Below, piece by piece: positions 9,209 to 18,761 of a stretch of DNA of 64,000 nt; the stretch's first letter is position 1; every line of letters begins with the position of its first letter. The DNA lies in assembly GCA_963719085.1 (NCBI GenBank), contig CAVRAL010000004.1, positions 384,001 to 448,000 of the forward strand. Direction: 5' to 3'. A program made the position numbers and the translations under genes. The notes below the pieces were generated by a model. It made no database searches. It was not told the origin of the DNA and saw only the letters and a list, made by a program, of their open reading frames with translations. The DNA comes from a candidate division FCPU426 bacterium (GTDB lineage: Bacteria; Oederibacteriota; Muellerivitia; Muellerivitales; Muellerivitaceae).

Positions 9209-11014
9209 ATGCATTTCCCCATGCTTTTAGTTTTTGGATTTATCGCCGGCGGCACCATTTTGATCGGATTGCCCATCGGACGCTTTAAAGGCTTTAACCC
9301 CACCCTGCGGGCCTCCCTGAGCATGTTCGCGGCGGGCATCCTGGTTTTTTTATTGGTGGAAATCATGGGAGGCGCCTGCGGCCAAACCGCTTCCGCGCTT
9401 CGGGACTTCACCGCCAACCCGGTCTCCGCGCTTTTATTGGTTCTGCTCCTCGTCATCGGTTTTTTCTTGGGCTTCGTGGGGCTGGTGAGCGTCGAGCAAA
9501 AACTAATCCGTTCCGCCGATCCCCTGAACCCCCAAAACCTGTCCCTGATGATCGCCATCGGCATTGGCCTTCATAACTTAAGCGAAGGGCTCGCCATCGG
9601 CCAAGCCTTTGCCCAAGGCATGAACGGCCTGACGGTAAGCCTCATCCTGGGTTTCGCCTTGCACAACGCCACCGAAGGCTTCGGCATCATGGGCCCCGTG
9701 GTTCGGGCCGGACAAACGGTTTCTTGGGGCCGTATTCTGCTTTTGGCCGCCATTGGCGGCGGCCCGACCTTTGTGGGAACCCTCTTGGGCAGCCTTTGGA
9801 CTTCGCCGTTCCTTTCCGTGCTGGTTTTGGCCATGGCCGGCGGCGCCTTGCTCTATGTATTGAAGGAACTATTGAACGGAGCCCGCCGGGAAACGGCCCA
9901 GGTGCTGGTCATGACCACCTTGGTTTTTGGTTTCACCATCGGCTGGGGCACCGAAGTCGTGGCGGACATTTCCCAAAGCTCACAAACCGCCGTGGAAGCC
10001 GACGGGGATAAAATAGCCTCTTCCGCCTCGGTTTCTGGGCCCGCCCTCAGCGCCGCCGAAGCCGCCGCCCAAGACCAAACCTCCAACGCCATGCTCCACG
10101 AGCAAGCCATGGCGCCTCAAACGCTTTCCGATGGAACTAAGGAATACGATTTGACCGCCTCGGCTTTTCCCTGGGAAGTTTATCCGGGCGTGAGGGTCAT
10201 GGCTTGGGGATACAACGGCGAAGTCCCGGGCCCCTTGCTTCGGTGGAAAGTCGGCGACAAGGTTAAGATTGTGGTGAAGAATAATCTTCCCCAAGCCACC
10301 ACGGTTCATTGGCACGGCCTGGCGGTTCCCAACGCCCAAGACGGCGTGCCCGGCATTACCCAAAAGGCTATCCCGCCTGGCGGCCAATATGTCTATTCCT
10401 TTAAAGTCACGCCCCAAATGGTCGGCACCCATCTTTATCACACCCACGTCAACGACGATTTCCAGATGGATAAAGGACTGCATGGAGTCCTCCTCGTGGA
10501 CCCGGCCGCGGGTGCCAAGCCCGCCGTTGACGCTTTATACGAGATCGCCTCTTTCAAAATCGGCGGTTCGGACAATGAAAATGTCTTTACCTTGGACGGC
10601 AAGGCTTGCCCCGAAGCCCCGGCCCTGCGGGTTTCCAAAGGCTCCCTCGTTCACTTGCGATTGGTGAACGCCAGCGCCGAAGAATCGCACGTCATGCACC
10701 TGCATGGCTACAGCTTTCAAATCGTGGCCTTGGACGGAAACCCCTTGGCCCGTCCCATCGTGGCCAACACGGTTCACTTGGCGCCGTCCCAAACCGCCGA
10801 TGTGGAATTCATCGCCAACAATCCCGGCATCTGGATGTTCCATTGCCACATCCTAGATCACTTAATCAATCCCGGCCCCGCCGGAGACGGGTCCGAGACT
10901 GAAATCGCCGATATGGGGGGGCTGATGACCTTCGTGGAAGTGGTTGATTGGAAAAATCCGAAGTCAGATTATTTGGCCGCCGGCGCCGTCACAAGCGAAA
11001 GCATCTGCCGCTAG
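9209..11014 (+). CDS. Fusion of ZIP-family metal permease and two-domain multicopper oxidase
   Basis: N-half hydrophobic with LHNLSEG and LHNATEG; C-half with HWHG, YHTH, HVMHLHG, HCHILDH. Confidence 0.88.
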   Translation: MHFPMLLVFGFIAGGTILIGLPIGRFKGFNPTLRASLSMFAAGILVFLLVEIMGGACGQTASALRDFTANPVSALLLVLLLVIGFFLGFVGLVSVEQKLIRSADPLNPQNLSLMIAIGIGLHNLSEGLAIGQAFAQGMNGLTVSLILGFALHNATEGFGIMGPVVRAGQTVSWGRILLLAAIGGGPTFVGTLLGSLWTSPFLSVLVLAMAGGALLYVLKELLNGARRETAQVLVMTTLVFGFTIGWGTEVVADISQSSQTAVEADGDKIASSASVSGPALSAAEAAAQDQTSNAMLHEQAMAPQTLSDGTKEYDLTASAFPWEVYPGVRVMAWGYNGEVPGPLLRWKVGDKVKIVVKNNLPQATTVHWHGLAVPNAQDGVPGITQKAIPPGGQYVYSFKVTPQMVGTHLYHTHVNDDFQMDKGLHGVLLVDPAAGAKPAVDALYEIASFKIGGSDNENVFTLDGKACPEAPALRVSKGSLVHLRLVNASAEESHVMHLHGYSFQIVALDGNPLARPIVANTVHLAPSQTADVEFIANNPGIWMFHCHILDHLINPGPAGDGSETEIADMGGLMTFVEVVDWKNPKSDYLAAGAVTSESICR

Positions 11015-11294
11015 GACTAACGCCGCTAGCGGGCCGCCAGAACATTAAATAGCGTCAATGCGGCCCGCTACCCCTAAAATTCGGCAAGCATTTGGGGATT
11101 ACCTTGAATTTTTTTGCCCAATAATTTAGCCCCCCTTTAAATTTGTGTCGAAACCAGGGCACTAAAAACCCCGCAATCCGCCGGGTTACTCTTTTACCCT
11201 GATTTAACAATTCCCACCGCTTCAAGCGTCCCGCCACGGCGTATAGTTTTTATATCAATTCAAGTTCAGCGCAAGAGGCCGAAAGAGGTGCGAG

Positions 11295-11498
11295 ATGTCC
11301 ACCACTTTGAAAGCTTCACTCATCCGGAAAGCCATCCGGGACTACAACTACAAATATGACGCCGTTTCGGGTTTAAAAGAACTGATGTGGCGATGCTCCA
11401 AATGCGGTGAGTTGGTGCATCGAAAGGATGGGTTGCCGGAAAAATGCCCCTCCTGCGGGGCTTCCCGGCTTGAGTTTTCGCTGGTCGAAGAAGACTAG
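11295..11498 (+). CDS. Small rubredoxin-like/zinc-ribbon protein
   Basis: WRCSKCG...PEKCPSCG; GAGGTG RBS. Confidence 0.75.
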   Translation: MSTTLKASLIRKAIRDYNYKYDAVSGLKELMWRCSKCGELVHRKDGLPEKCPSCGASRLEFSLVEED

Positions 11499-11515
11499 AA
11501 GCCACTTCAAAACCC

Positions 11516-11595
11516 TTTCACCACCAAGGAAGGCAAAACGAATATTTTGATTGGAAAAAATATTTCTTGGCATCTTGGTGCCTTGGCGGTAAAAA
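11516..11595. repeat. Intergenic inverted repeat, family A (degenerate copy)
   Basis: TTTCACCACCAAGG ... CTTGGTGCCTTGGCGGTAAAA; related to 58905-59032. Confidence 0.7.
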
Positions 11596-11598
11596 AGT

Positions 11599-13389
11599 CT
11601 AGTTGGCTAAGGCTTTTTTGAGAAAGTCCTCGGCGGATAAAAATCCCACCGTGCGTAGGTCCTTGTGTTCCTGCCCATCCGCTCCCACGAAAATCAGCGT
11701 GGGAACGCCCATGATGCCGTAGCTTTTTTTCAGCGTTTCCACCGGCCCTGAGCTGTACTGGGTCAAATCCGCCTTCAATAAAATCCATTGCTTCAAGGCC
11801 TCATGCACCCGGGGATCCGAAAAGGTTTTAATCTCCAGTTCTTTGCAAGGCAGGCACCAGGCCGCGGAAAAGTCGATCAAGACGGGCTTGCCTTGTTTTT
11901 GAGCCTGGGCTAATAGGTCGGCGCTGTAAGGGACGAAGGGCAATTCGACCGGCTTGGGCCAGATCAAAAAAACGACCAGGCCTAAAACCGCGACCAAGGT
12001 TCCAAAAACCCGCTGGAAGGCTTTAAATCCGGTCCCCACGCCTTTTCCGGAAAAAAACCAGCCCAGCAATAAACCCGCCGCGATGAGGTAGGCCGGCACC
12101 AGTCCCCGGCTCCAGGCTGGGGGTAAAAGCGGGTTGAGAAAATAAAGCGGCATCCCCAAAAGCACCATCCCAAAAATCTTTTTCACCCAGACCATCCACA
12201 TCCCGGATCTGGGCAGTCTTTGAATTTCGTTTGAGAAAAAACCCAGCCAAAGATAAGGGAAACCCAGCCCCAGCGACAAGGTGAAGAACAAAATGAATCC
12301 CAAAAAGGGATCGGCCTTGGCGGCCACGAAGGTTAAAAGCCCGATGGAAAAAGGATCCACGCAAGGCGCGGCCACGATTCCAAAGACCAAACCCATTCCC
12401 AAAGCGCCCACCCAGCCTTGGGCCTTGCCGCCGGCCACCTTATTTAAAAGCCAGCCCGGCGCTTGGATTTCATAAAGGCCGAACATGGAAAAGGACAAGG
12501 TCACCAGAAGAATCGAAATGCCCGCCAAAATCAGGGGCGATTGAAGGGTCGACCCTAAGATGCGCCCGGTCAAGGCCGCCGTCACGCCCAGCCCCGAATA
12601 GGTCACGGAGATTCCCACCACATAGGCCAAGGCTTTGGCGAAAACCGCTCCCGGCTTCTCCGCTTTTTGGCTTCCAAAATAAGAAACGGTTAAAGGGATC
12701 ATGGGATAAACGCAAGGCGTCAGGTTTAACGCCAGACCGCCCAAAAAGATCAGCGCGAAGGTAATCAGAATCCCCTTCTCCCTGAAAAATTTGGCGATGA
12801 TATTTTCGGATCCGGCCGCGCCGGTTTGGGCGGCCAAGGCGCTTTTAAAAACATCCTCGTGAAGTGGAGCGACCGGCGCGCTAAGCCCCGCGGCTTGGAG
12901 CGGGATGCCGCCCGAGACAACGGCGGGCGCCAAACAAACTTGGTTATTACAGGCCTGGATTCTTAATTGAAAAGGCAGCCTAAGGGCGCCAATGGATAAA
13001 TTATCTTTTAACTTAACATCGGCGAAAAGCGTGACGCTTTGCTCATAAACCGAGAAGGCTTCCGTCAAACCACCTAAAGCCTTTTTTTCGCCCTCGGGAA
13101 ACCGGACCGCCACCAGACTGGCAGGAGCGCCAGCACTGAGCGAAAAGGTCATAGGAATAAAACCATCGGGCAAACCGGACGCGGCGTTGACATGCCAACC
13201 GGATTGAATTTTAACCACCACCGCTATCGTTAAAAGGGTTCCCGAATGCACGGGGGCAAGTGAGGCGTAGCCCATGGCTTTCACCACGGAAGCGCTGTTC
13301 ATCATGGGTTTGGCGTTTACGGGACCCGCCGAGAGCAGGCTGAGGGCCAGAAGAAGACACGAAACGGTTTGAACGATTTTGTTTTTCAT
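11599..13389 (-). CDS. dsbD: Thiol:disulfide interchange protein DsbD (alpha, beta and gamma domains)
   Basis: QACNNQVC, LTPCVYPMIP, AAPCV, WCLPCK; start at ATG 13389 gives a signal peptide. Confidence 0.9.
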   Translation of the reverse strand: MKNKIVQTVSCLLLALSLLSAGPVNAKPMMNSASVVKAMGYASLAPVHSGTLLTIAVVVKIQSGWHVNAASGLPDGFIPMTFSLSAGAPASLVAVRFPEGEKKALGGLTEAFSVYEQSVTLFADVKLKDNLSIGALRLPFQLRIQACNNQVCLAPAVVSGGIPLQAAGLSAPVAPLHEDVFKSALAAQTGAAGSENIIAKFFREKGILITFALIFLGGLALNLTPCVYPMIPLTVSYFGSQKAEKPGAVFAKALAYVVGISVTYSGLGVTAALTGRILGSTLQSPLILAGISILLVTLSFSMFGLYEIQAPGWLLNKVAGGKAQGWVGALGMGLVFGIVAAPCVDPFSIGLLTFVAAKADPFLGFILFFTLSLGLGFPYLWLGFFSNEIQRLPRSGMWMVWVKKIFGMVLLGMPLYFLNPLLPPAWSRGLVPAYLIAAGLLLGWFFSGKGVGTGFKAFQRVFGTLVAVLGLVVFLIWPKPVELPFVPYSADLLAQAQKQGKPVLIDFSAAWCLPCKELEIKTFSDPRVHEALKQWILLKADLTQYSSGPVETLKKSYGIMGVPTLIFVGADGQEHKDLRTVGFLSAEDFLKKALAN

Positions 13390-13568
13390 ATGCTGAGAAT
13401 ACCCGATTTCAGGCCTTGAGGTTACCCAGGCGCTGAAAAATCCTGAACTTCCAGGGAATACACTTAGGGATTTTAAAGATTCCGAAATCGCGGACAATCC
13501 GATGGGCCGCGATTTCGTGACGGCCCTATAAATATGAAAAGCTGATCTTTAGCTTTTCCAACCTTCCG

Positions 13569-14585
13569 TCAGACCGCCCGGCTTGTGGACTCCCGCACGA
13601 TCAGCTCAGATTGCAGGGTGGTGGCCTTTTGCTCGATCGTTTCTTCGGCCATGATCTGGGACATCTTCTGGGCGGCCAAGCGGCCCATTTGGTAGGCCGA
13701 AAAGGAGACCGTGGTCAAAGCCGGTTGGTGATAAACGGCTTCTTCCATATCATCAAACCCGATCACCGAAACATGCTCGGGAACGTTGGAGCCCTTCATC
13801 TTTAAGGCCCGGATCGCCCCGATGGCCATTAGATCGTTGGCGCAAAGGATGGCGCTGGGACGGCGCACGGCGGTCCATATCTTTTGGGCCGCGCGGTATC
13901 CGCCCTCTTCCTCGAAATCACCATCGGCCACCCAATCGCTTTGAAAGTCCAACCGGTACTCCGCCAGGGTTTCCTGGAAAGCTTGAAACCGCTCCAACGC
14001 GTTGGTGGCCGTCATGCGGCCGTTGATCATACCGATACGCTCATGGCCCAACGCCACCAAATGCTTGATGGCCATCTTGACCCCGCCCTTGTTATCGAGT
14101 CCCACATAGGGCAAATCTTCCTGGCCCGTGATTTTGCCGTTGATCAAAACAAAAGGCACATTGGCGTCGGAAAGTTCCCGGATTGACGCGTCGGTCGACC
14201 AGGCGTTTAACACGAACATGCCGTCCACACTGCCATCGCCCAGCAAGGCCCGGTAAGAAATCTGGGCTCGGGCTGTTTCATTCAGCGGATGGAATAGAAG
14301 CCGGTAATGCTTTTCAGCGGCCACTTCTTCCAAGCCTTCCATGATTTTGGTGAAAAAGGGGCTGCGGAAGATGGTTGTATGGTGCGGCGCGATGACCCCC
14401 CAGATGCTGGAGTGCTTTTGCCTTAAGCGGCGGGCATGGGCCTGGGGTTTGTAGTGCAGGTCCTTAATGGCCAATAGCACCTTGCGCCGGCAATCCTCGC
14501 TGACCCACTTTTTATTGTTGAGGACCCTGGAAACGGTCCCAATGGTGACTCCAGCGTGTTTGGCGACGTCTTTAATGGTGGCCAC
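13569..14585 (-). CDS. LacI-family transcriptional regulator
   Basis: TIKDVAKHAGVTIGTVSRVLN HTH, GFDD, LIVRES; GTG 14585 with AGGAG RBS. Confidence 0.93.
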   Translation of the reverse strand: MATIKDVAKHAGVTIGTVSRVLNNKKWVSEDCRRKVLLAIKDLHYKPQAHARRLRQKHSSIWGVIAPHHTTIFRSPFFTKIMEGLEEVAAEKHYRLLFHPLNETARAQISYRALLGDGSVDGMFVLNAWSTDASIRELSDANVPFVLINGKITGQEDLPYVGLDNKGGVKMAIKHLVALGHERIGMINGRMTATNALERFQAFQETLAEYRLDFQSDWVADGDFEEEGGYRAAQKIWTAVRRPSAILCANDLMAIGAIRALKMKGSNVPEHVSVIGFDDMEEAVYHQPALTTVSFSAYQMGRLAAQKMSQIMAEETIEQKATTLQSELIVRESTSRAV

Positions 14586-14760
14586 GGTAACTCCTAAAAA
14601 CAAAAGGGGATGATTAAAATTTGACGGTATTCTAGTCAACTCAAAACGTGAAATACCAGTGTTTGGAAGGATTTAATTGAAAGGTTTGTGATAAAAATTT
14701 TCAGCCCTGTCAGAATTTATAAAGGGAAAATAAGAAAAAGGTCCGTCCCATGAGTTAGGA

Positions 14761-15741
14761 TTAATTGGAAGTTAAGCTTTTTTCAGTTAATTCTTTTTGA
14801 TCGAAAGCGACTGAATAAAAGCCTTTAGAATCCGGTAAAAGTTGTTTCCCCCCCTGAAAAAGACCAAGGGTCGTGGAACTCTTTTCGTCCGGAAACTTCA
14901 TCCGCAAAACCACTTGGGGCGGGAAATGATCCGGCAAACTCCAGGTCCATTGAGTCTGACCCGCGCTTTGGACGGGAATAGTCTTCTCGAAAACCTTCTG
15001 GGCCTTCCAATAGGCGCCCACGGCTGAAAAGGTCTCAACCCAAATATCCTTGGCCTGTAAAGCGTCCAATATCTGGTTAAAAACGACTGTCTTGATGGGC
15101 TGATAACCCCAAGGCGTGCCTTCCAGCCCGTGGATCATGAAGACCATCCAAGCCCCGGAGCTAAAGTCTTGGTCGATCCATTGTTGATAGACCGAGACCG
15201 GGGTATCGGTCATGGTGGTTTGCGAGGGGATATTAAACCAATCCGGCTCGCTGTCCGGCTTCATATAGTAGGTCCCATAGCCGCCCCGGGCGATAAAGCA
15301 GTTCTGCTGAACCCATTTCAAAACCCCGGGTGTGATTTCGGTATAGGGATAAGCGTAGCTATAAATGGGAATGCCAAAAGCGTTTTGAAGCACCACTTGG
15401 GCTCCCGCCACTTGGGATTGTTCCTGCCCGGGATTTAAGCCCGCTGGATGCAAATGATCCAGGCTGTGGTTGCCCAGCTCATGGCCGGCCTTGAAGGCTT
15501 GGCGCCACTCATCTTTTTCGTCCGTGCGGTTGGCGATCAAAAAGAAGGTTCCATGCAAGCCCCGGCGGTTGAGCTCAGGGATCGCCACGGCTAATTGGGA
15601 AGGATCGCTGTCGTCAAAAGTCAGCGAAGCGGCGGCCTTGTGACCGTTCCACGGGGCCACCTGGGGCAAAGGCAAGGTCGACTGGGCATGGACTGAAACC
15701 GCCGCGAATAGTAATGCCGTCGCTAGTATGATTTTTCGCAT
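14761..15741 (-). CDS. Secreted polysaccharide deacetylase (CE4/NodB-like)
   Basis: Signal peptide, SLTFDD, HELGNHSLDH, YAYPY. Confidence 0.85.
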   Translation of the reverse strand: MRKIILATALLFAAVSVHAQSTLPLPQVAPWNGHKAAASLTFDDSDPSQLAVAIPELNRRGLHGTFFLIANRTDEKDEWRQAFKAGHELGNHSLDHLHPAGLNPGQEQSQVAGAQVVLQNAFGIPIYSYAYPYTEITPGVLKWVQQNCFIARGGYGTYYMKPDSEPDWFNIPSQTTMTDTPVSVYQQWIDQDFSSGAWMVFMIHGLEGTPWGYQPIKTVVFNQILDALQAKDIWVETFSAVGAYWKAQKVFEKTIPVQSAGQTQWTWSLPDHFPPQVVLRMKFPDEKSSTTLGLFQGGKQLLPDSKGFYSVAFDQKELTEKSLTSN

Positions 15742-15850
15742 CCATCGATCTCCGCTTAAAACTGTACTAGAATCCGCCCGGCACCCGGCTTCGTTATAAA
15801 ACTACGCCGGGCAAGGGTATACTATCCCCAATTCCCATTCAAGGACAGCC

Positions 15851-16909
15851 ATGAATTCTTTTGAAAAGGCCGAAAATTTCCGGTCCCGGTCGCGGTTTAA
15901 AGAAGCTGAAAAGGTTTACCGACAAATCCTTAAAACGACGGGTTTGGATTTCGCCGAAAAAGCCGAGGCCCTTTTAGGCTTGGGCGATGTCGAAAGAATC
16001 CAAGGCGACTTCACCGAGGCGCTTTCCCACTATTCTTCCGCTTACAAAATTTTACGCGCCCAAGACCCCGCGGCCGCCATGGACGCCAAGGTCGGCTGGG
16101 CCCTGGCCGCCCGGGCCGTGGGAAGACCGAAAGAAGCTTTGGTGGAGCTTCAAAAGGCCCTACGCTTTTACCAAAAGCAAAAAGACGCCTCCGGCGAAGC
16201 CTTTGCCCATTGGGCTTTAGGCGGCACCTTGCGGATCGCCGGCAAAATGAGCGAAGGCCTTCAAGAATTATTGATAGCCTTTAAACTTTTTAAAAAACTT
16301 AAAGATTTGGACGGCACCGCCTACACCTGCTGCGCGCTAGGCGGAATCTACCGGATGTTGGGAAATTACGCCCTTTCCGGAAAATATTACCGGGAAGCCA
16401 ACCGCCGGATGCGAAAGCAAGATGATGTTTTCGGAACCGCCTATTCCTACTGCGGTTTAGGCAACGTGGAACGCATGGCGGGCCGTTTTAAATCCGCCCT
16501 GCCCTTTTATCGAAAAGCGGAGAAACTTTACGGCGCCATCGGTGACAAGGTCAGCTACGCCTATACCCTTTGGTCCATCGGAACGGCCTACAAGATGATG
16601 GGCCTGCATTATCCCCAAGCCCATTGGGCTTTTTACAAAGCGGACCAGTTATTTAAAAAGACCGGCGATACTCGGGGACGGATCTACGCGTTGCTGGGCT
16701 TCGCCGAATCTGAATGGCTGCAAGGCCACACCGCCAAAGGCAACGCCTATTGGAAAGCGGCCAAGCAGATTGCGGATAAGAGTGACTTTGGTTGGGAAAC
16801 CCTGCATGTGGAATCTTTGAAGGATGGCCGGGTGAAAAACCTGTCCAAGCGCTACCAAAAAGCCGGATCGAAGTTTTGGCCTACCCAATTGCCGGTAAAT
16901 TGGCCTTAA
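15851..16909 (+). CDS. Tetratricopeptide-repeat protein
   Basis: Repeated helical units such as AYSYCGLGNVER and AYTLWSIGTAY. Confidence 0.85.
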   Translation: MNSFEKAENFRSRSRFKEAEKVYRQILKTTGLDFAEKAEALLGLGDVERIQGDFTEALSHYSSAYKILRAQDPAAAMDAKVGWALAARAVGRPKEALVELQKALRFYQKQKDASGEAFAHWALGGTLRIAGKMSEGLQELLIAFKLFKKLKDLDGTAYTCCALGGIYRMLGNYALSGKYYREANRRMRKQDDVFGTAYSYCGLGNVERMAGRFKSALPFYRKAEKLYGAIGDKVSYAYTLWSIGTAYKMMGLHYPQAHWAFYKADQLFKKTGDTRGRIYALLGFAESEWLQGHTAKGNAYWKAAKQIADKSDFGWETLHVESLKDGRVKNLSKRYQKAGSKFWPTQLPVNWP

Positions 16910-17004
16910 AAGCCGAGCAATTTAAAACGGTCACATTAAAAAAATTCGGGAATTTGCTGGGCGATTTCAAAAGCCTTTTGTTACTTTTAGGATCAACGGA
17001 TTTC

Positions 17005-17910
17005 TCAATTCGCTTTTTCATATTTTATAAATTTGTAACCATCCCCAACAGTTTGAATGCCATAAAGACTTTGTGTCCGACGGTTGACAAACAAAGGTCC
17101 GGCGAAAAGCCTGTGCCTGAAGTTCATACTTAAGGGACCTTCGATTTGGACCAAAAAGTTAAAATTCTTATCATATTTTTGGGTCATGGAAGACGTCGAG
17201 TATGGCAAGGTGGTCGAATAACGGTATCCATCTCCCCACATTGTTTTACAAATCCACACATAAATATTTCCCATTTCATCAATGGCGGCATAATTATAAA
17301 ACTCGTAATGCTGAGGTAAGTTTTCCATATGAATGGTTTTATCTTCATTTTTAATTTCTTCTTCAAAATCACCTTTAGCTCTTGGCGCAGTTGTGACATT
17401 CAAGCCGACAAATGATTTCACCGAGCTTAGTGGTTGTGATTGCTTCAATCTCCTGAGAATTTTGCCACTGGTTTCAGAATAAGCAGTTCCGTCTCTCAGC
17501 ACTACCGAATCGTCAAATCCCGAATCATCAAGAAAAGATTCCAATAATTTTCCATCACTTCCAAACCAATAGCATTTGGCCCTTTGAAAATTCCAAATCA
17601 AGAACGCTCCATCGTGATCAACGGAAATACGATATTGAATCCCGACTACTTCGGGCCAAAGAATGGTTTTTTTGAGTTTTCCTTGTTTATCAAAAATACT
17701 CACAATTCCACGAGGCGGATCGCTCAAGCTATAATCCAAACTATATAAGTTATCTTGATCATCGAATTCCCAAGCTTGGTATGTAAACGCCGATTTAGGC
17801 AACGAGAACAGTTCTTTTGGCACATAGGTTTCTTTAGTTTCACAAAAAGAGACTGTATTAAGCAGAAGCAAGAGAACAAAGAAACTTAATTTCAGAAGGA
17901 TGTTTTTCAA
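17005..17910 (-). CDS. Secreted hypothetical protein (AT-rich, possibly beta-propeller)
   Basis: Signal-like N-terminus; D-x-x-G/D-N-L/I-Y motifs; AT-richer than neighbours. Confidence 0.65.
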   Translation of the reverse strand: MKNILLKLSFFVLLLLLNTVSFCETKETYVPKELFSLPKSAFTYQAWEFDDQDNLYSLDYSLSDPPRGIVSIFDKQGKLKKTILWPEVVGIQYRISVDHDGAFLIWNFQRAKCYWFGSDGKLLESFLDDSGFDDSVVLRDGTAYSETSGKILRRLKQSQPLSSVKSFVGLNVTTAPRAKGDFEEEIKNEDKTIHMENLPQHYEFYNYAAIDEMGNIYVWICKTMWGDGYRYSTTLPYSTSSMTQKYDKNFNFLVQIEGPLSMNFRHRLFAGPLFVNRRTQSLYGIQTVGDGYKFIKYEKAN

Positions 17911-17977
17911 AAAGTTCTTTCTTTGTTAAGAATTTGAACTCATCTACTCGTTTTAGTCGTAACGAATTTTATTAAAT

Positions 17978-18664
17978 CTAAATCTTTAAAACACCCTTCA
18001 AAAACTCTTTCACGGCTTTGTAGCTTTCTTCCGTGATCTGGTGCCCCATCTTAAATTCCTTCAAAACCGGGTTGTAACCGGCTTCCTTGAGGGCTTTCAG
18101 CGCTTTGCGGGAGCCTTCCACCGGCACGACGTCATCCTCAATGCCATGCACTAAAAGAATCGGCGTCTCAAAGGACGCTTCCGCCCGCATCAGCGTTTCC
18201 CAGGAATCGGGCATATAGCCGCTCATGGAGACGATCGCGGAAATCTTGCCTTTATAGTTAAGCCCGGCCTCCAGCGACATGACGCCGCCTTGGGAGAAGC
18301 CCATCACGACCAAAGGATTTTCTTTTTTTTCTTTTCCCGGCGCCGGGCGCAAGTTGGGATCGCTTTTGAACCGGTCGAAAACCTTGAAAAGATATTCCCG
18401 GCTGTCGACCAAGTGCCGGCGGTCATGGGCCTGAAAATCGTACCAAGCCAAGGCTTCCGGCGGATAACCCGGTAAATGCATGGGCGCGTCCGGAAGGGCG
18501 AACCGGCAGCCATCCAGGTGAAAAGCCTGGCAAAGCGCGGCCAGGTCTTCCCCGTTGGTTCCTAATCCATGCAGGGTGACCAAAACCGGCGCGCCCGGCG
18601 GAACAATGGGCGGGTCCAAGATCAAACAGCGATGGCGGTCAATGGTCACTTCAGAAAAAATCAC
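17978..18664 (-). CDS. Phospholipase/carboxylesterase (alpha/beta hydrolase)
   Basis: LHGLG, GFSQGG, HGIEDDVVP, GHQI; GTG 18664 has a GGAG RBS. Confidence 0.88.
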   Translation of the reverse strand: MIFSEVTIDRHRCLILDPPIVPPGAPVLVTLHGLGTNGEDLAALCQAFHLDGCRFALPDAPMHLPGYPPEALAWYDFQAHDRRHLVDSREYLFKVFDRFKSDPNLRPAPGKEKKENPLVVMGFSQGGVMSLEAGLNYKGKISAIVSMSGYMPDSWETLMRAEASFETPILLVHGIEDDVVPVEGSRKALKALKEAGYNPVLKEFKMGHQITEESYKAVKEFLKGVLKI

Positions 18665-18761
18665 GAGCGCTCCTTGTTCATGGAAATCAAAACCCATTGG
18701 GCCGTGGAAAAGCTTCCGCTGATTGGATTTTATGAAATCGGCCGAAGAAGAAACAGAACTT

